From contig CAVTTI010000020.1 in the NCBI GenBank assembly GCA_963737615.1, forward strand, positions 3,322 to 67,321: a stretch of DNA of 64,000 nucleotides, written 5' to 3'. The stretch is from an uncultured Actinomycetes bacterium (lineage in GTDB: Bacteria > Actinomycetota > Thermoleophilia > Gaiellales > Gaiellaceae). Every line of letters starts with the position of its first letter. The stretch's first letter is position 1. The notes beneath the pieces were generated by a model that saw only the letters and a list, made by a program, of their open reading frames with translations, was not told the DNA's origin and ran no database searches. Made by a program: the position numbers and the translations under genes. Of the stretch, positions 47,437 through 55,622 are shown piece by piece.

Positions 47437-47631
47437 ACCGCAGGCGCTGCTTGGAACCCAACTCTTGCCGCCAGCTCCGAGCCCACGCTGGCTTCTCAGG
47501 GAGCGGGGCTCACAGAGGCGTTCAGTCCGGTCCACGAGGCACCTCCACAGCGCCACCTCTCGTCGAAAAACCTCGGCCGTTCGTTGATCTGCGCAGCTGG
47601 TGGGCGGCTGCGTGGCGTTGGCTGGGGTAGC

Positions 47632-48612
47632 TCAGCCCACCGTGTAGACGAGCGCGTGGAGCGCTTCGATCGGATCGCCTTGCGACCTGCAGGCGTGCCA
47701 GCTGTCGCCGCGGTCTCTGCTCTCCCAGATCTGTCCATCGGCGAGCCCGGCGAACAGGCGGCCGTCCCCGGCGACCAGCGCGTAGGGCATCGCCGGCAGT
47801 GGCTGAGGCAGCCCGCCCGCGAGCGAACGCCAGTGCTCACCCGCTTGCCTCCGGTAGATGAAAGCTTGCGGATCGCCGCGGCCGTGTGCGGCATGGGGAC
47901 CGGTGCTCGCCGAGACGTACCAGAGGTCCGGGTCGTCCGGGTCGACCGCGACCGACCAGGTGTAGTGGCGGTCGCGCCCCTCGTCGGCTGGCTGCCAGCT
48001 CTCGCCCGCGTCCTTGCTGAAGGCTGCGCCGCCGCCGCCCGCCTCGTATGCCCGGCCCAACAGGCGCGGATGCCAGGCGAGCGAATGCACGTCTCGCTGC
48101 GCCCCGGGGCGATGGTCCTGCCAGCTCGCGCCACCGTCGCTCGACCGCATCAGCCCGCCGAGCTCGATCCCGACCAAGAGCAGATCGGCTTCGTGGGGGC
48201 TGGGCGCAATCCAGCGCACATGGGACGTCCACGGCCGCGGCGGGAAGCTCCAGGTCGGCCGCGACGGCAGCTCGAGCAGCGCCTCGAGCTCGCGCCAGCT
48301 CGCACCATCGTCGTCGCTGCGGAACAAACGGCTTGGCTCGGTGCCGGCATACACAGCACCGTCGGCCGCACTGATGGCAAGCGAGAAGACGCCCGATTCG
48401 GGTAGCGCACAATCGACCCAGGTACGCCCGCCGTCGTCGCTTCTTCGCACACCGCCTTCGCGTAAGCCCGCGTAGAGCACGCTCGGGTTAGTCGGATCGA
48501 CCGCAAGGCACTGCGCGCTGCTGCCGCGCAAGGACAGTTCCACCGCCCACCCGCCGTTCGTTTCGTCAAGGCGGGCGATCCCGTCGCCGGTTGCTACATA
48601 CAGGTACGCCAT
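47632..48612 (-). CDS. BNR/Asp-box repeat beta-propeller protein (sialidase-fold / Ycf48-like)
   Basis: Five Asp-box-like motifs: SDDGGRTW, SDDDGASW, SSDGGASW, SKDAGESW, SRDRGDSW. Confidence 0.75.
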   Translation of the reverse strand: MAYLYVATGDGIARLDETNGGWAVELSLRGSSAQCLAVDPTNPSVLYAGLREGGVRRSDDGGRTWVDCALPESGVFSLAISAADGAVYAGTEPSRLFRSDDDGASWRELEALLELPSRPTWSFPPRPWTSHVRWIAPSPHEADLLLVGIELGGLMRSSDGGASWQDHRPGAQRDVHSLAWHPRLLGRAYEAGGGGAAFSKDAGESWQPADEGRDRHYTWSVAVDPDDPDLWYVSASTGPHAAHGRGDPQAFIYRRQAGEHWRSLAGGLPQPLPAMPYALVAGDGRLFAGLADGQIWESRDRGDSWHACRSQGDPIEALHALVYTVG

Positions 48613-48698
48613 CGCTACAGACTAGGGCGCCACTGACGCCCCGGCGCCGCATCGCTCGCTCGTGCCTACCTCCTCACGGAAGTCCTCCATACCTGGTC

Positions 48699-49583
48699 CT
48701 AGTGGTAGAGGATGGGTGTTGCGTAGCGCGGACACTCGTGCAGCCGCCAGTAGGCGTCGCAGAGTGACCGTGTAACAGGACCGAGCTTCCCATCGCCGAC
48801 TGGCGTACCGTCGATCGACGTGACCCCGACCACGCCGCCGGCGGTGGTGGTAAGGAGCACCTCGTCGGCGTCGCGAACTGCCTGTGCCGGCAGCGGACAT
48901 TCGCGTACTTGCACGCCGTCCTCGCGGGCCAGCTCGATCACCGTCCGCCGCGTGATGCCGCCGAGCACGCCCTCATCTGGCGTGGAGAGAACGCCTTCGC
49001 TGATCGCGAAGAGGTTGAAGCCGGGACCTTCCACGACGTTCCCCAGCGGGTCGACGAGTACGACGGTGTCCGCACCGGCGTCGTAGGCGTCGAACAGGCC
49101 CGCCGTCAGGTCGAGCCAGTGGTAGTTCTTAATCGTCGGATCGACGGACCGTGGCGAGATCCGCTCACGAGCGCTGATGTGGAGCGAGAGGCCCGTTGAT
49201 CGCTGCCTCTCGTCTGCGATCCAGACGAACGGAATCGCGAAGGCGTAGAACGCATTGCGCGCCTCGCGCGGGTCGCGGCTCCCGGCCGGCGGCAGTCCGC
49301 GGGTGCAGATCATCTCGACGTATGAGTCCCGCAATTCGCTCTGGCGCACGCACTCCGTCAGGATCGGCTCGAGCTCGCTCACCTCGAACGGCAGCTGCAG
49401 CTGCAGCCGTCGAACGCCTCGCAGGAAGCGCTCGACGTGGTCGCCGAGTCGGAAGAACGATCCACGCCAGACGTGCACGACGTCGTAGGTCGCGTCAGAC
49501 CGCAGGAAACCCCAGTCGAGTATCGGAATCCGTGCCTCGTCAATCGGAACGTAAGCTCCGTCGACGAAGGCAACTCCCTCCAC
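48699..49583 (-). CDS. Class IV (fold type IV) aminotransferase, branched-chain/D-amino-acid type
   Basis: VPIDEARIPILDWGFLRSDATYDV, EGPGFNLF, GGITRRTVIELA, LLTTTAGGVVGVTSIDG follow the IlvE/DAAT pattern. Confidence 0.8.
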   Translation of the reverse strand: MEGVAFVDGAYVPIDEARIPILDWGFLRSDATYDVVHVWRGSFFRLGDHVERFLRGVRRLQLQLPFEVSELEPILTECVRQSELRDSYVEMICTRGLPPAGSRDPREARNAFYAFAIPFVWIADERQRSTGLSLHISARERISPRSVDPTIKNYHWLDLTAGLFDAYDAGADTVVLVDPLGNVVEGPGFNLFAISEGVLSTPDEGVLGGITRRTVIELAREDGVQVRECPLPAQAVRDADEVLLTTTAGGVVGVTSIDGTPVGDGKLGPVTRSLCDAYWRLHECPRYATPILYH

Positions 49584-49940
49584 TCAGTGAAAGTATCTGA
49601 TCTTTGGCCACTCGCCTGAACGACGCCGCGTTCTCGCGTGTGTAACGTCAGCTCCGCTTCTGCTCGCGGGAGTTGGGCAGGCAGCAGTACTGCAGCTACC
49701 GTCGCACGACATCCGGGCCAGCGACGGGCGACGCCCAATGATGGCCCAACGGAGGAAACCATCCCGGTCAGGATGCCCGTCGAGTGGTGTGAGCGGCGTT
49801 CGCCTGCCGAAGCGCGCGATAGATGCGCGATAGTTGGAAACCTGTACCTACGGCGTCCGTCGAGGTCGCCAAGCGATCACGAACAACGGTTTCGCCGACG
49901 AGGCAGTATCCGCACCTGGCCGTTTGCAGGGAGTTCGTCG

Positions 49941-49978
49941 AACGGAGCGGCGCAGGAGTCGAACCTACCCAGCGACGG
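49941..49978 (-). repeat. Direct repeat copy 2 of the tRNA 3'-end-like 38-mer
   Basis: AACGGAGCGGCGCAGGAGTCGAACCTACCCAGCGACGG differs from copy 1 at one position. More degenerate echoes lie at 50011-50040 (GGGGCGGCGCAGGGCAGGGCACGAACCCGC) and 50113-50135. Confidence 0.7.
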
Positions 49979-50004
49979 GTTGCGCCGCCTCACCGGTTTT
50001 GAAG
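49943..50004 (-). other. tRNA-Sec-like 3' fragment (anticodon loop CUUCAAA through discriminator G) lacking a 5' half
   Basis: Minus strand: CTTCAAA-ACCGGT-GA-GGCGGCG-CAACC-CGTCGCT-GG-GTAGG-TTCGACT-CCTGC-GCCGCTCC-G. This gives a UCA anticodon loop, a long variable-arm hairpin, a T arm nearly identical to my recollection of E. coli selC, and an 8-nt acceptor strand. The sequence upstream of the loop (CCCCACAGAC) cannot pair with ACCGGT, so it is not an intact gene. Confidence 0.5.
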
Positions 50005-50310
50005 GTCTGTGGGGCGGCGCAGGGCAGGGCACGAACCCGCTTATTCAGGCGTTTTGTGTTCGCTCAGGTTGGCTGAGGTCAGCTCAGATCGGTACCAAAA
50101 GCGGTACCAAGTTTCGCCTAGCCGGTTTTGGAGTGTAGCTTTCGGCTCGGCTCCTAGCGATGCGAGACCTGCGCGACAGTCCGCGCGACCGTGAGATCAG
50201 CGGGGCATGCGTCGCTACGGACTCGGGAGCTCCGTGAAACGAGCTGTAAGCTGGCGGCCGAGGCGAGTACTCATCGAAGGGTTTCGGTCTCTATGGGTAG
50301 GGCCTAGCGG

Positions 50311-50913
50311 GTGGGTCGTCACTCCGTGACCCGCAATAGGCGCGAGTCCGAGATGATCAAGCACGTCAGCTTGCTACAGCTCGAGCCCGAGGCCATCCTC
50401 GAGCTCCGGAATACGGGCAGCTGCACGATTGTCGTAACCGAGGAGAGGTTCGATATGGACGAGCCCGGCCACTTCTTGCGCCGGATCAAGTCCGTGGCAG
50501 TCAGCATTCCGTGCGTGCCGGGGCCGTACGCCAGCCTCAACTGCACACTCACACAGACGAAGAGCTCGATCCGCCGAAGCTCGCTCCTGCGGGATGGCAG
50601 CTATCCGCGTGAGGGAGCAGAGGACGATCGGTTCAGCGATGAGGTCGGCAGGTCGCAGTCCATCCTCACACGCTCAGGGGAGAACGACCCCGCCCTCTTC
50701 GATGCGATCCTCCGCGACGGACGCTACCTGCCGTTCGAGGGAACAGGCGCCGTCAGTGATTGGCAGCTGGTGCTCCCAGCTAGCGATAGTACCGATGGCG
50801 GGCAGTTCGATTACGGAACGATCTCCGACGTTATTTTGCACCTCCGCTACACGGCTCGCGAGGGCGGGACGCTGCTTCGTGACGCTGCCGTGTCCAACCT
50901 CAAACGCGCATAA
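50311..50913 (+). pseudogene. C-terminal remnant (about 190 aa) of a TcA-like ABC/Tc toxin subunit
   Basis: LLQLEPEAILELRNTGSCTIVV..FDMDEPGHFLRRIKSVAVSIPCVPGPYASLNCTLT...PFEGTGAVSDWQLVLP...FDYGTISDVILHLRYTAREGG matches the conserved extreme C-terminus of proteins over 2000 aa long (from memory). Nothing upstream encodes the rest. Confidence 0.65.
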
Positions 50914-51031
50914 GCAAGGCCTTGAGCATCGCCGCGCCACCGCTGTAGGAACGATCTCACTCGGTCCGCACGCGCGTGTTGGTCGATCGCGCCGGAAGGT
51001 GCGGGCGCCTTTACGAAGTCTGGGAGCGGCG

Positions 51032-51514
51032 ATGTACCCGACGGCACCCAGTACGATGCGCCCAATGGAACGAGCGCTTGGCGACCGAGAACCGGTCGTG
51101 ATAGCGACCGACGGCTCCCAGGGCGCCGAAGCGGCGGTCGACGCGGGCGCGCGGGTAGCGCGGACGATCGGAACGAGCGCGGTCCTCGTCTACGTGCGGC
51201 CGTCGCTCGGGCCGCTGGGCGACCCCTACTACCAGGAAAAGCTGACCGAACAGATGGCATACGCCCGCGAGGCGCTCAGTCGCGCGCGCGAGCTTCTCGC
51301 GCAAGAAGGCATCGACGGGGAAGAGGAGATTCTCGAGGGAAGCGCGGCCGATCGAATCGTCGAGCTCGCGCGAGCGCGTAATGCTCCGCTGATCGTGGTC
51401 GGGTCACGAGGGCTCGGCGCCATAGCCGGCGCACTCCTCGGTTCGGTGTCGAGCGGGATCATCCACCGAGCGGATCGCCCGGTGCTCGTCGTTCCGAGCC
51501 CCGAAAGCAGGTAA
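51032..51514 (+). CDS. Universal stress protein (UspA family), single domain
   Basis: VVIATDGSQGAEAAV...ADRIVELARARNAPLIVVGSRGLGAIAGALLGSVSSGIIHRADRPVLVV (G-2x-G-9x-G-S motif). GGGAG lies 5 nt before ATG 51032; ATG 51065 is an alternative. Confidence 0.8.
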   Translation: MYPTAPSTMRPMERALGDREPVVIATDGSQGAEAAVDAGARVARTIGTSAVLVYVRPSLGPLGDPYYQEKLTEQMAYAREALSRARELLAQEGIDGEEEILEGSAADRIVELARARNAPLIVVGSRGLGAIAGALLGSVSSGIIHRADRPVLVVPSPESR

Positions 51515-51737
51515 GAGTCGCGCGGATCGGCTCCCGCCATATCTCCGTACGAGTGCGGGGTCCCCTTCGACTCGAATACGAAGATGGCTTTGCGCACTGC
51601 CGCCTAGAACCGTCGTGGCGGACGCGTGGTCGACGAGCGCCGTCGATTCGAGGTCGAACCCCCCTTTAGCGAGGACCTGCGGATGCACCCGTTTTTACGT
51701 CTAAACCTTCTGGCAGCGAGGGATAGGGTAAGAAGGC

Positions 51738-52148
51738 GTGGACGCGCCACATGTACTGATCGCCTACGACAGTTCCGAGCCAGCCCGCCGAGCGGTCGAG
51801 CGCGTGGCAACCTTCATGTCGCAGGCGAACGTCGCGATCGTCACAGTCGCCGATCCGATCTACCGAGATCCGCCCTACACAGGCTATGCGGATCCGAAGG
51901 AGGAGGAGCAGCACCGCGCGGCTATAGCCGATGCGCAAGAGGTACTGAGAAAGAGCGGCATCGAAGCGACGGCGACCATGCCCATCGGCCAAGCGGCGGA
52001 CGAGATAGTGCGGACGGCGACAGAGTCCGGAGCGGACCTCATCGTCCTCGGCGCCCGCGGCCTCAACCCGGTGAAGCGCCTCGTGCTCGGTTCCGTGAGC
52101 ACCAAGGCGCTCCACGAGGCGCCCTGCGACGTCCTCGTCGTGAAATGA
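51738..52148 (+). CDS. Universal stress protein (UspA family), single domain
   Basis: HVLIAYDSSEPARRAV...ADEIVRTATESGADLIVLGARGLNPVKRLVLGSVSTKALHEAPCDVLVV. Confidence 0.85.
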   Translation: MDAPHVLIAYDSSEPARRAVERVATFMSQANVAIVTVADPIYRDPPYTGYADPKEEEQHRAAIADAQEVLRKSGIEATATMPIGQAADEIVRTATESGADLIVLGARGLNPVKRLVLGSVSTKALHEAPCDVLVVK

Positions 52149-52366
52149 CCCGGCGGGATCGAGCGCGACATCCATCCTCTCTTCCGGCAAGAGGACGTCA
52201 GCGCGATGTCGTTCGTTTCGACCTCGCGTCGTACGAGGTCGTCCGCACAAATGCCGAGGCGATCTACCAGCGGCTCGCGGACGGAAGCATGCCCTCCGAT
52301 AGCCGCTGGACGCCCGAGGAGGTCGAGCGTTTTCGCGCCTGGATCGACACCGGATCGCCTCCCTAG
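52145..52366 (+). CDS. Small hypothetical protein (73 aa)
   Basis: ATG 52145 overlaps the upstream stop (ATGA). VRFDLASYEVVRTNAEAIYQRLADGSMPSDSRWTPEEVERFRAWIDTGSPP looks like a genuine small domain but I cannot name it. It is the tail of track ORF 51626..52366. Confidence 0.4.
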   Translation: MTRRDRARHPSSLPARGRQRDVVRFDLASYEVVRTNAEAIYQRLADGSMPSDSRWTPEEVERFRAWIDTGSPP

Positions 52367-52375
52367 GCCGCGACG

Positions 52376-53164
52376 ATGACAGCACACGCCAGCGAGCCCC
52401 AGGTCTTCGAACGCATTCTCTGCGGCGTCGACGGCACGCCCGCGAGCCTCGTAGCAGTCATGCAAGCGCTGCGCCTCCAGGACGAGCACGGGAGAGTCCT
52501 CCTCTTGGCTGTAGCGAACCTCGCGCGAGCGGCGCACGCCGGGATGGCCGCGCCCCACGCGGCCGAACTCTTGCAATACGAGGCCGAGGCGGCCCTTGCC
52601 GAGGCGCAGGCGATCGCGCCCTCCGCCAGCTCCAGGCTTCTCGACGGCAACCCGGTCGCGGTCATGCTCAGGCAGGCTGAGGCCGAGCGCGCGACGCTCA
52701 TCGCCGTGGGATCGCACGGGCGTGGGCGCGCCGCAGGACTCCTGCTTGGCACCGTTGCGGCCCGGATGCTCCGCGACGCGACCTGCTCCGTGCTGATCGC
52801 CCGGGCGCCACGCGACTCCGAGGCGTGGCCCCAGACGGTCGTCGCAGGCGTGGACGGCTCGCTCGAATCCGCCGCCGCGTTCACCGTCGCGCGCTCGCTC
52901 GCCGGGCGGTTCGGCGGCAGCGTTCGGGCCGTGGCGTCGTCCAGGGATCAGCTCGACCGCGAAGCGGCGCAAGCGATCTCGCCGGAGCTCGAGGAGCACG
53001 ACGCGCCCGCGGTCGAGGTTCTCTTGGCCGCGTCCGAGTCGACCGACCTGATCGCCGTCGGAAGCCGAGGGCTGCACGGGGTGAAGGCGCTCGGGAGCGT
53101 AAGTGAGCGCGTCGCGCATCAGGCGCGCTCGTCCGTGCTCGTCGTACGTTCCGGGCAGACGTAA
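52376..53164 (+). CDS. Tandem-domain universal stress protein
   Basis: Two USP halves, each ending in the ATP-binding-like motif: LIAVGSHGRGRAAGLLLGTVAARMLRDATCSVLI and LIAVGSRGLHGVKALGSVSERVAHQARSSVLVV. Confidence 0.85.
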   Translation: MTAHASEPQVFERILCGVDGTPASLVAVMQALRLQDEHGRVLLLAVANLARAAHAGMAAPHAAELLQYEAEAALAEAQAIAPSASSRLLDGNPVAVMLRQAEAERATLIAVGSHGRGRAAGLLLGTVAARMLRDATCSVLIARAPRDSEAWPQTVVAGVDGSLESAAAFTVARSLAGRFGGSVRAVASSRDQLDREAAQAISPELEEHDAPAVEVLLAASESTDLIAVGSRGLHGVKALGSVSERVAHQARSSVLVVRSGQT

Positions 53165-53192
53165 CGAGGCGGAGGTGGACGCGCTGCCGAGT

Positions 53193-54416
53193 GTGAAGCC
53201 GGCACAGGTCCGCGCGAGCGTTGGCGTCACTCGCGTCGAAGTGAGTGGGTTCCGGAGCGCGCGCGACGTCGCGTTTTCGCCAGCGCCGCTGTGCGCGCTG
53301 GTGGGTGAGGCAAACGCCGGCAAGTCGAACCTGCTCGCGGCGATCCGCGCCGTTCTCGATCCCGTTGCGGCTCCGCTCACGGCCACAGACATGACGGTAG
53401 GCGGCGAGGGAGAGGTCTCAATCCGTGTACGCCTCGCCGACGGCGGCGAGGCCACGCTCGAAGGGAGCCCGGGACGAACCGCCGTCACTGGAGACGCGAC
53501 CGCACCACCCACGCTCTTCGTCCCGGCCGAAGAACGAGCCGGCGCCCTGCTCGCCGCCTGGACGCCGAGGAAGAAAGGCCCCGCTGTGGAGCTCTTCGAG
53601 CGGGCGCTCGCCCAGCGGGCGCCGACGCCTTCAGCACGAGCGCTGGCTCTTCTGCAAGCCGTCGAGTCCTGTAACTCGCAACGGCTCGGCGGTCTCTTGC
53701 TCCTGATCGAGGAGCCGGAGCTTTATCTCCGCCCACAGGCGCAGCGCTACCTCTACCGCCTCCTGCGCGACTTCTCCCTCGCTGGGAATCAGGTGATCTA
53801 CTCGACGCAATCGCCGGCCTTCCTCAACGTCACGCGGATGGACGAGCTCGTCTTCGTCGAGCGACTTCCGGCCACCGGAACGCACGCTCTTCAGCCAGAG
53901 CCCGTGTCCGCCGACGACGACTTCCGTGTGATGACCGAGTTCGACGCCGCGCGCAGCGAGCTTTTTCTCGCCCACGCGGTCGTGCTCGTCGAGGGCCTGA
54001 CCGAGAAGCTCGTGCTCCCGTTCGTGTTCGCGGCGCTCGGGCACGACGTCGACCGCGAGGCGATCTCGATCATCGAGTGCGGCGGCAAGCCGAACATCCC
54101 TCTCTTCGCGCGCATCTGCAGGGCCGCCGGGATCCCTTTCGTCGTCGTCCACGACAGCGACAGAAAGTCGAGTGGGAGGGTCGCGCCCGCCGAGCAGGCA
54201 CTGAACGCGCTCATCGTCGAAACTGCCGGCGAGGAACGGGTCATCGTGCTCGACCCTGATTTCGAGGCGGTAGCGGGACTTGCGGGGCGCCGCCACAAGC
54301 CTGAGCACGCCTGGAGGGACTTCGCCGAGCGCCCCGCCGCCGAGATGCCCGGGCAGCTCGTGCGCGTCGCCGAGCTCACGATGTCGTTTGTTCGTCCCGC
54401 CGTCGAGGTGCGTTGA
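53193..54416 (+). CDS. OLD-family nuclease (ABC-type ATPase plus TOPRIM), unusually short (about 407 aa)
   Basis: Walker A GEANAGKSNLL, Walker B LLLIEEPELYL, Q-S-P (YSTQSPAF), TOPRIM glutamate VVLVEGLTEKLVL and DxD (VVVHDSD). Start set at GTG 53193, 28 nt after the USP stop. Confidence 0.8.
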   Translation: MKPAQVRASVGVTRVEVSGFRSARDVAFSPAPLCALVGEANAGKSNLLAAIRAVLDPVAAPLTATDMTVGGEGEVSIRVRLADGGEATLEGSPGRTAVTGDATAPPTLFVPAEERAGALLAAWTPRKKGPAVELFERALAQRAPTPSARALALLQAVESCNSQRLGGLLLLIEEPELYLRPQAQRYLYRLLRDFSLAGNQVIYSTQSPAFLNVTRMDELVFVERLPATGTHALQPEPVSADDDFRVMTEFDAARSELFLAHAVVLVEGLTEKLVLPFVFAALGHDVDREAISIIECGGKPNIPLFARICRAAGIPFVVVHDSDRKSSGRVAPAEQALNALIVETAGEERVIVLDPDFEAVAGLAGRRHKPEHAWRDFAERPAAEMPGQLVRVAELTMSFVRPAVEVR

Positions 54417-54904
54417 AGAACCACTCTCGGCACGGGAGCTACCGAGAGAGGCGCCGGCGGAGCCGCTCAAACCGCCGTCCGCGCGCCGGCTCCCCGACCC
54501 GCTGCTCGAGGATTCCTTCCCGGACGGCCTGGACAGCGTCGTCCAGGTCAATGCCGGCGAAGACCATGACGCCTGGAGTTACCCACAAGCCGGCACCTGG
54601 AGCGACCACCGCGATCGCCTCGCCCAGCACGGCCGACTGTGGGCGCACGACGATCTCACGTACTTCCGCGCCTCGACGATCGACTGGCTCTGAGTAGCGC
54701 CAACTCGACGACTCGACGGACAGACCGACATCCGCTGCCTCGCAGCCACCAACGTGACTCGGCACCCCCCGGCCTCTTGCCGTCTGGGCAGGGGCCTTGC
54801 TCAGATGAATGGGGCTAGAACGTCCCTGCGAGACACTTGTCGCTTGGGCGCGAGAGGCGTAGAAAACTAGCGACTTGGCCTTGCCTGATCGAGAAGTCGT
54901 AGCG

Positions 54905-55091
54905 ATGATGCGCTGCGAGGAGTGTGGCTGCCTCAGTGGAGACGCCCGCGATAGCCCACATCGTTGACGACGATGAGGAGCCGGACGTCGCGCCCTACGT
55001 CGTCGCTCACTGCCCTCTTTGCGCGCTGCTCGAGTTCCATCCCCTTGCACTGCAGCCGGAAAATACTGATTCGGCTCCGTCGGCCGGATAA
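54905..55091 (+). pseudogene. Small CxxC...CPxC zinc-ribbon protein split by a 1-nt frame change at a CCC run
   Basis: ATG 54905 gives MMRCEECGCLSGDARDSPHR-stop (TGA 54965-67). The +1 frame continues AHIVDDDEEPDVAPYVVAHCPLCALLEFHPL... to TAA 55089-91. The frames join if one C is removed from 54955-57. Confidence 0.45.
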
Positions 55092-55622
55092 CAGAATCTC
55101 TTCATTCGACGAGCGCAAACAAGCCGATTGGCGAGCGTCGTCCCCTGAATTCGGGCCTTCTCTTTGACAGGGGTGGGGCTACTGCGGTGGCTCCGCCCCC
55201 AGAAGGCCGAGGCATAGCGCGGGCTGGCCGCGTGGTGGCCACGGTCGGCCACAGAGAGGCTCCGCTAGGAGTCCCGCCCGTTTGCGGGGGTGGGGTACCC
55301 CTGAGGTGGGTTCGGCTCGGTCGTCGCAGCTTCAGGGCGACAAGCAAGCACGAGTCCAGCTTTTCGCCGCAGCCCTGAACCCGCTGAAGATCCGCCGCCG
55401 TAAGCCCTGACACCAAGCTGACACCGGCTCGTGAATCCGCATGTATACACACCTCGAGGCATGACCCCCGACTGTGCGAGTAGGGAGTCAGCAATTGCTA
55501 AACCTCTGCCCGTGGGAAACGACCAACACATCGGGAACGTGGTTGATCGGGTCGCCCTGGTAGTCCGAAACGCTGCTTCTCATCTTCCGGGCCTGCGACG
55601 GCCAGGCGTCTCCGGCCTCGTT

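Noticed and set aside
51884-53512. 542-aa minus-strand ORF
   Set aside because: Antisense to two well-supported USP genes and the OLD gene start; low-complexity Ala/Arg/Ser composition.
54439-55050. 203-aa minus-strand ORF and the overlapping plus-strand ORFs downstream of the OLD gene
   Set aside because: Both strands show similar codon-position GC patterns in a hand count of one 60-nt stretch, so coding strand cannot be decided. No family signature. The only supportable element in this stretch is the frameshifted Zn-ribbon ORF.
55100-55620. Possible ncRNA (repeated GGGGTGGGG, several GC-rich stems) upstream of hydrolase 1's 3' end
   Set aside because: I found no match to remembered conserved cores of RNase P, SRP, tmRNA or 6S RNA, and no convincing long-range pairing by eye. 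It needs a covariance-model scan.
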